Of a DNA stretch of 64,000 nt, positions 58,145 to 64,000 are shown in pieces. Both the position numbers and the translations under genes were made by a program. The notes under the pieces were generated by a model that saw only the letters and a list, made by a program, of their open reading frames with translations, made no database searches and was not told the origin of the DNA. Source of the stretch: a candidate division WOR-3 bacterium (GTDB lineage: Bacteria > Hydrothermota > Tepidihabitantia > Tepidihabitantales > Tepidihabitantaceae); NCBI GenBank assembly GCA_965649295.1, contig CBFGKH010000006.1, forward strand, positions 1 to 64,000, written 5' to 3'. Position 1 is the stretch's first letter, and each line of letters begins with the position of its first letter.

Positions 58145-59467
58145 ATGAGGATTCCACTGATTGCGCTGCTAGTTGGTCTGCTACTCACCGGCTGCGACGA
58201 GAGCCAGCGACCGGTTGCAACTGTCAACGGCGAGGTGATAACCGCTGCCGCACTGGCCCGACGGCTGCCGCCCAACCTCGACACTACGGCCAAGGCCGAA
58301 AGCATCAAGCTCGCGACCCTCAACAGCCTGATTGACAAACGGCTGCTCATTCAGGAAGCGCTCCGCCGCGGACTGGAGAAGAATATCGAGCATCAGCTCG
58401 AACTGGACAAGAAGTTTCTGGTCTTGCAGCGGCTGTATGATGCCGTTACCGAGGCTGCTGGTCGGCCCACTGACGCCCAATTGCGCGAGGCCTATGAACT
58501 GCTGAAGACCGAAGCCCACCTGCGCCTGATTACTGTCGCGACTGAGTCGCTGGCCAAGCTGGTCAGTGCCGAGCTGGCAGCCGGCGCACCGTTTGAGTCG
58601 CTGGCCGCGCGCTATTCGTCGCATCCGTCCGCTGCCAATGGTGGCGACATCGGCTTCGTATCGCCGTTCTATCTCGATGAACAGTTGTGGGGTCTTGTCG
58701 GCAAACTGAAGGACGGCGAGCAGACCCAACCGGTGAAGGTAGCCGACGGCTGGCAAATAGTTAAAGTGCTCGAACGGCGCCAGGCCAGTCCGGCACCGCC
58801 GAGCCTCGATGACAAGGATTTCCGGGAACAGCTACGTGCCCGACTGGCCCAACAGCGTCGCCGGGCAGTAGCTGAGAAGTATCTGGCCGACATGCGGGCC
58901 CGGATAACCTATAACGAGCCGGGCGTGCAGATTCTGATGTTCCGGCCGGTGGATTCACTCAGTGAGGAAGAGAAAGCGGTGCCGGTTGCCATTAAGGACG
59001 GCAAGAAGTATGTCAAAGTCGAACGGCTGCTCCGCGTGGCCCGCGGGTTTCCGGTCCAGCTCGATACGGCGCTGAAACGGTATGCCATCCGCCGAGAGAT
59101 TGAAGAAGACCTGATGTATGAGGACGGGCTCAAACGGGGCCTCGACAAGCTGCCGCGCGTCGCTGCCGAACTGGCCGAGCGCCGCGACGACCTGCTCTAT
59201 CAACTGGTCTATCAGCAGGAAGTGGCCGATCGGGCCTGCGTGACCGATGAGGAAATCCGTCAGTACTACGATGCCAACCGGCAGAAGTATGTCGAGCCGG
59301 ACTTTGAACGCCTGAAGAGCCTGATTCGTAACGAGCTCGAATGCGAGCGAGTCACCGCCCGGCAAAAAGAGTATTTTGCCGAACTGCGGAATCAGGCAAA
59401 GATTACAATTGATGAGAAAGTGCTGCGGTCGGTACGACCGGCGCCGCGCGAGAAGTGGCCGCGCTAG
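58145..59467 (+). CDS. Parvulin-type PPIase lipoprotein
   Basis: Lipobox LTGC, VATVNG, FESLAARYS, GGDIG. Confidence 0.85.
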   Translation: MRIPLIALLVGLLLTGCDESQRPVATVNGEVITAAALARRLPPNLDTTAKAESIKLATLNSLIDKRLLIQEALRRGLEKNIEHQLELDKKFLVLQRLYDAVTEAAGRPTDAQLREAYELLKTEAHLRLITVATESLAKLVSAELAAGAPFESLAARYSSHPSAANGGDIGFVSPFYLDEQLWGLVGKLKDGEQTQPVKVADGWQIVKVLERRQASPAPPSLDDKDFREQLRARLAQQRRRAVAEKYLADMRARITYNEPGVQILMFRPVDSLSEEEKAVPVAIKDGKKYVKVERLLRVARGFPVQLDTALKRYAIRREIEEDLMYEDGLKRGLDKLPRVAAELAERRDDLLYQLVYQQEVADRACVTDEEIRQYYDANRQKYVEPDFERLKSLIRNELECERVTARQKEYFAELRNQAKITIDEKVLRSVRPAPREKWPR

Positions 59468-59503
59468 CTACAAGCCGGCGCCGAAGCCGAAATTGAGGAG
59501 TCA

Positions 59504-60346
59504 ATGATGATTAGAAAACTGCTGCCCGTGATGCTGATACTCGCTCTGACGGTTGGCTGTGAGAAACAGCCAAAGCCGGCCTTCACCGGCCCGGTGATTG
59601 CCACCGTCAACGGCGACAAGCTGACCAAGACCGAACTCGACAGTCTCGCGCCCGAAGGATTCGAGTTCAACCGGCAGAACCTCGAACAGATTCTCGACAA
59701 GTGGGTCTCGAATTCGCTGATGTATCAGGAGGCCGTGCGCCGCGGCATTGACAAGGAGCCGCAGGTTCGAGCCCATCTGCGCCGGCTCGAACGCGACTAT
59801 CTTGTAAACGAGCTGCTTGACCGACTGACCGCCCAGGTGACGGTCGGACCGGATGAACTGATGCAGTATTACACCGAGCACCGCGACGAGTTCACCTATG
59901 AAGTGAAGATAATGCGCATCATCTTGCCCGACTCCCTGACCGCGGCCCAGACATTGGCCGAATTGCGTGCCGGCGCTGATTTCAAGAAGCTAGCCAAGGA
60001 ACGCTCTCAGGACATCCTGCTGCCGGCTGGGCAGGAATCCAAGTACTTCTCGCGTTCGGTCGGTGACCCGCGGATGGGCGGCGACCCAACCCTCGAGGAA
60101 GCAATCTTTGCGCTGAAGCCCGGCGAGATTTCTGACGTCATTCCGACCCAGGAAGGCTACCAGATAGTCAAGCTGGTGGACAAGAAGAAGACCCGCGCCG
60201 ATGTCACGTTCGCCGAGCAGAAAGATTACATTCAGGCGATCCTCTCCTACCGCAAGAGTCAGGCCATGGTGGACAGCGTGCTAGCGAGCCTGCGGGCCAA
60301 GGCCAAGATTGAACTCAACCCCGACGCGTTCTTCGAAAAGAAGTAG
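59504..60346 (+). CDS. Parvulin-type PPIase lipoprotein
   Basis: Lipobox TVGC, GADFKKLAKERS, LKPGEISD. Confidence 0.87.
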   Translation: MMIRKLLPVMLILALTVGCEKQPKPAFTGPVIATVNGDKLTKTELDSLAPEGFEFNRQNLEQILDKWVSNSLMYQEAVRRGIDKEPQVRAHLRRLERDYLVNELLDRLTAQVTVGPDELMQYYTEHRDEFTYEVKIMRIILPDSLTAAQTLAELRAGADFKKLAKERSQDILLPAGQESKYFSRSVGDPRMGGDPTLEEAIFALKPGEISDVIPTQEGYQIVKLVDKKKTRADVTFAEQKDYIQAILSYRKSQAMVDSVLASLRAKAKIELNPDAFFEKK

Positions 60347-60391
60347 CCAAACGAGCAGGAGAACCACTAAGAGCGCGAAGGCAGAACGGCG

Positions 60392-61678
60392 ATGAGACCC
60401 TTCCGGCTGGCACTGGTGATGCTTGGTCTGCTTGGTGCCTTGGTGGTAAGCCTGACCCAAGCCGCCAGCAGCGCCGACAGCATCGTTGCGGTCGTCGGTG
60501 ACCGCATCATCCTCGAAAGTGAGGTCCGGCTAGCCGCCGACTTTCTCCGGCTGGCCAGCCCAGACACCGGCCTTACCGACGCCGCCATCCGCGCCGCGGT
60601 GATTCAGCGGATGATAGATGACTTCGTGCTCGGCTTTCAGGCTGAGCAGGAGTCAATCACCGTCGAGCCAAGCGAGGTCGCCGAGGAGGTCGCTGTCAGT
60701 ATCGAGCAGGTCATTGAGCGCTTCGGCGACGAGGAGAGCTATCGGGCTGCCCTTGCCGCCGAAGGACTGACCGAGAAGGTTTTGCGCCAACGTTACGAGG
60801 AGGAGGCTCGGCGCAAGCTTCTCGCGCGCCGACTCCTCGACAAGGCCGGTCTGACCCAAATCTACATCTCACCGGGCGAAGTTGAACGGTTCTACAACGA
60901 GAACAAGGATTCGATTGCCCGGGTGCCGGGTCAGGCCGTGCTCGCCCATATGCTCTTCATTCCCCGACCGCCTGCCCAGGTTGAGTCTGCCGGCATGCGC
61001 CGGATGACCGAGATAATGGACGTCCTCGCGCGCGGCGGCGACTTCGCCACTGTCGCCAGTTCTTTTTCTGAAGACCGAGCCACTGCCAGCCGCGGCGGCG
61101 ACTGGGACTGGAAAGGGCTGACCGACCTGCCGCCCGATATCGCCACGGTCGCCAGTCAGCTAGCACCCGGTCAGACCGCTCCACCGTTCCGCACCCGCGA
61201 CGGCTTCATCCTGCTGCGGCTCGAAGAGAAGCGGGGCGAACGGCTCCGACTGCGCTCAATACTAGTCCGGCTGCCAGTGACACGGGCCGACAGCCTGCGC
61301 GCACGGGAACGGGCTCTGGAGGTACGGCGCAAACTACTCGCGGGCGCATCGTTCGACTCACTCGCCCGGTTATACAGCGAAGACCCGAGCACTGCCGACT
61401 CCGGCGGGTTTCTCGGCTGCTTCATGATTGATGGCCTGAGCGAACCGTTCCGGACCGTTGTCAGCCAGATGCAGACCGGCGATGTAAGCGAACCTGTCCT
61501 CTCTGAGCACGGCTATCATCTGGTCAAGGCAATTGTCCTGCAGCCGGAACGCGAGATGTCATACCTTGAGATGCAGGACGAGCTGCGCAACTACCTCTAC
61601 CAGCAGAAACTAAGCCAACGTTTACAGGAATACCTAGGCCGCATCAGCAAGAAGGTCTTCATCCGACGCTACGGCTAA
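60392..61678 (+). CDS. surA: SurA-like chaperone/PPIase
   Basis: DSIVAVVG..IILESE, two rotamase domains. Confidence 0.85.
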   Translation: MRPFRLALVMLGLLGALVVSLTQAASSADSIVAVVGDRIILESEVRLAADFLRLASPDTGLTDAAIRAAVIQRMIDDFVLGFQAEQESITVEPSEVAEEVAVSIEQVIERFGDEESYRAALAAEGLTEKVLRQRYEEEARRKLLARRLLDKAGLTQIYISPGEVERFYNENKDSIARVPGQAVLAHMLFIPRPPAQVESAGMRRMTEIMDVLARGGDFATVASSFSEDRATASRGGDWDWKGLTDLPPDIATVASQLAPGQTAPPFRTRDGFILLRLEEKRGERLRLRSILVRLPVTRADSLRARERALEVRRKLLAGASFDSLARLYSEDPSTADSGGFLGCFMIDGLSEPFRTVVSQMQTGDVSEPVLSEHGYHLVKAIVLQPEREMSYLEMQDELRNYLYQQKLSQRLQEYLGRISKKVFIRRYG

Positions 61679-61968
61679 GGCCCTGCCCGCGACATCGGCC
61701 CAAAGGGCTCGGGTAGCCGATTCCGAATCACCTAAGAAAACCCAGCCGGCAAGTCCACCGCAAGCTCAACCACAAAGAGCCTAAGTCATCTTACCAAAGA
61801 CCCATCACCAAACTCTGCGCTAGACCCAGCCCGAGACCGACCGTAGAAGAGCCGCTGAAACTGAACCGGAAAGAGCCTGTCAGGCCGACCCAAGAGCCAC
61901 ATCGTCAGCAGTTCTGGGGACGACTCCCGGGACAGTCCCGGGGATGGGGTGCGAAAAGTGTCCTTATC
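61677..61968 (+). repeat. Degenerate 12-nt-period array, copy C
   Basis: Units such as ttaccaaagacc catcaccaaact ctgcgctagacc cagcccgagacc gaccgtagaaga gccgctgaaact ... actcccgggaca, then a G-rich tract and TATC. Confidence 0.65.
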
Positions 61969-62092
61969 GCGTAAATATCTTCAACATCAGACGATACACA
62001 GAAATCCACCACTGGCGGCTGTGTACTTTGAAGTACACAAACTGCCGGCGGCGGGACAACTGCCCGCCGCCGGAATTGCCGAACGGTCGAAT

Positions 62093-64000
62093 CTAGCGTT
62101 CGATAACGAGCTTGCGCGTCTCTGACCTTCTCGCCGACTCAAGCCGAACGAGATAGGTACCAGCCGGTAGCGAACGGAGGTCAACGGTCATGGCTGCTGC
62201 GGTTGTCTGTCCGAACCGCTGGGTCAGGACACGGCGGCCAATTGCATCATAGACCGACAACGTCGCTTGGCCGGTGAATGGCCCAGTAGTCAGGCGCAGC
62301 CGGCCGGAACGTAACGGATTCGGGCCAATCATCAGGCGCCCATCAGCAGTTGCGGGTCGGTTGGTAGCAACACCATCCTGGCTCGAACGAAAACCAGCGT
62401 AGGTCTCTGGCCAATCCATCCAGCGCCAGAACTCAAGTGTCCGATTGCCCTTGAGGGCAAAGAGAACGCCTGGTTCATACCAGACAAGATCACCGCCAGC
62501 CCTGACCTTGCGCTTTTTGCCTGTCACCCGGCCCCATTGCGGCATCGTGTCGAGTTCGCGCCAGGAATCGTTGGCCACATAGTAGCGATAGTACTCCTGA
62601 GTGTTGCCGCCCTTGAGCGCATAGAAACCGTCACCCGACCAGGCTCCGGCAGCGCCCTCGCCCGACTTCTTGCTGCGGCCGAAATAGCGGCTGACAAAAG
62701 GCATCCCGCGCAACGTGTCACTGCTCCAGGTGCGCGTCGGCACATCATAGCGATAGAGCCGGTGGAACTTGGCCTGGTGAGCATAGATGGCGGTTGCGCC
62801 GTCACTGACCAGGAACGAACCTTTGCCATACTTATCGCTGGCGCTGGTCGGCGCTCTTGGCTCGTTCTCCCACCTCTTGGTTACGGTATTGAAGCGGTAG
62901 AACTCATTCTTATCACCCTTGAGCAGATAGACATAGCCGGTATCGGCCCAGTTGACATAGGCGAGGTCGGTGCCACCTTTGACTTTGTAGCCACCGGCCG
63001 GGACATTCGCCAACGGCTGCCAGGAATCGGCCAAGGCATCGTAGCGGTAGAACTCAAGCGTGTTGTTACCCTTGGTCGCGTAGATGTAACGTTCGCCGTC
63101 GGTCACGGCCCGTGCGCCTCTGGCCGGCACTTTGCCCTTTGGACCGAGAAGGAAATCGGCCCTTGGCGTCCAACTGTCTGCCAGCGGATTGTAGCTGTAG
63201 AAGCTGACGGTCTTGCCACCCTTGAGCGCATAGACCCTGCCGTCGGCAGGATGGAACACGAGCCAGCCGCCGTCCTTGACCGTGTTCGCTCCTGGCGCAG
63301 CCGGTAGAGACTGAAGCTCAGACCAGCCATAGGTCGGCATTGCCACCTGGACCCGGAAATGACCGCTGATAGTGTCGTTGGCTCTGTTCTGGTCTTGAGC
63401 CGCAGCCAGCGAGCAGCGCACCGTGTAGTAGCCAATCGGCCGCGGTGGCAGCCAGTCGTCGAAAACGAGTGTCGGTTCCTCTTCGGCCCCGATCGCCACC
63501 CCAGTAAGCCGTGACTCGTAGCAAATCCTGCCGTCCTGCTCGATGGCAAGCACGGCGTCAACCAGTGTCGGCAAAGTTCCGATGTTACGAACCCGCACCT
63601 TCGGCGTAACCGTTGCGGCCGTGTCAACCACCGGGCCGGGCGATACTATCTGCCGAGCCGCTACATCAATCTGGCCCGCAAAGAAGGCTGCCTCGACGAC
63701 ATCGTTGGCTGGCTCGCAGTCGCCGGCCATGGCCACTGAGCAGCGACCCAGATGGTCGCCCGCCGGAATATCAATCTCCGGGAAGACAACGGTCGTCTCT
63801 GCCCCAACCGGCAGACCGGCATCGAGTGTCAACGTCGCTTCCAGGCCTGGCAACCCTGGAATCGAGTAGTAAGCTGTCACCGGCGACCGAATATTGCCCG
63901 GATCGGATTGACAAGTCGGCAGCGCGGCGCGAGCAGCCCAGTCGGAACCGAACAGACCGGCGCCTCAATGGCGCTGGCCCCGACATCGCGGACAGCTACA
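62093..64000 (-). CDS. Secreted CARDB + Kelch-repeat protein with T9SS-type CTD; runs off the window, frameshifted near 63900
   Basis: Kelch-like YALKGGNT.EF repeats, PNP...YD..GR...GTYLV CTD; the upstream frame (RDVGASAIEAP...) is joined by removing one CGGAT at 63899-63908. Confidence 0.8.

Overview
GC-rich bacterial chromosomal segment. The gene content (FlgD/T9SS-type C-terminal cargo domains, a gingipain/PorU-like C25 protein, a PorV-like remnant, group A [FeFe]-hydrogenase, mcsA/mcsB, selA) suggests an anaerobic FCB-related lineage such as WOR-3; this is inference, not a search result. Housekeeping genes include mltG, ruvX, lysS, lolCE/lolD, mcsAB, selA, lepB, smc, ftsY, cutA, lipA and three PPIase/SurA genes. 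Main result: a cluster at 45.5-54.4 kb contains four genes interrupted by an in-frame TGA, each in a UxxC motif and each followed by a SECIS-like hairpin at similar spacing. Three are Omp28-like exported proteins and one is a 45-aa CD1871A-like membrane peptide; they lie with a TlpA, an outer-membrane beta-barrel and a membrane polyferredoxin. With selA in the same window, this looks like a selenium-based trans-envelope redox relay that the ORF track truncates or misses. Other observations: three copies of a degenerate 12-nt-period intergenic array anchored on CCCGGGACAGT; a pair of convergent candidate sRNAs (sigma54-like and sigma70-like promoters); pervasive leaderless promoters; a probably non-bifurcating hydrogenase; several likely pseudo-enzymes; three genes broken by simple lesions. 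No tRNA, rRNA, CRISPR array or transposase was recognised. All family assignments are from motif recognition by eye.
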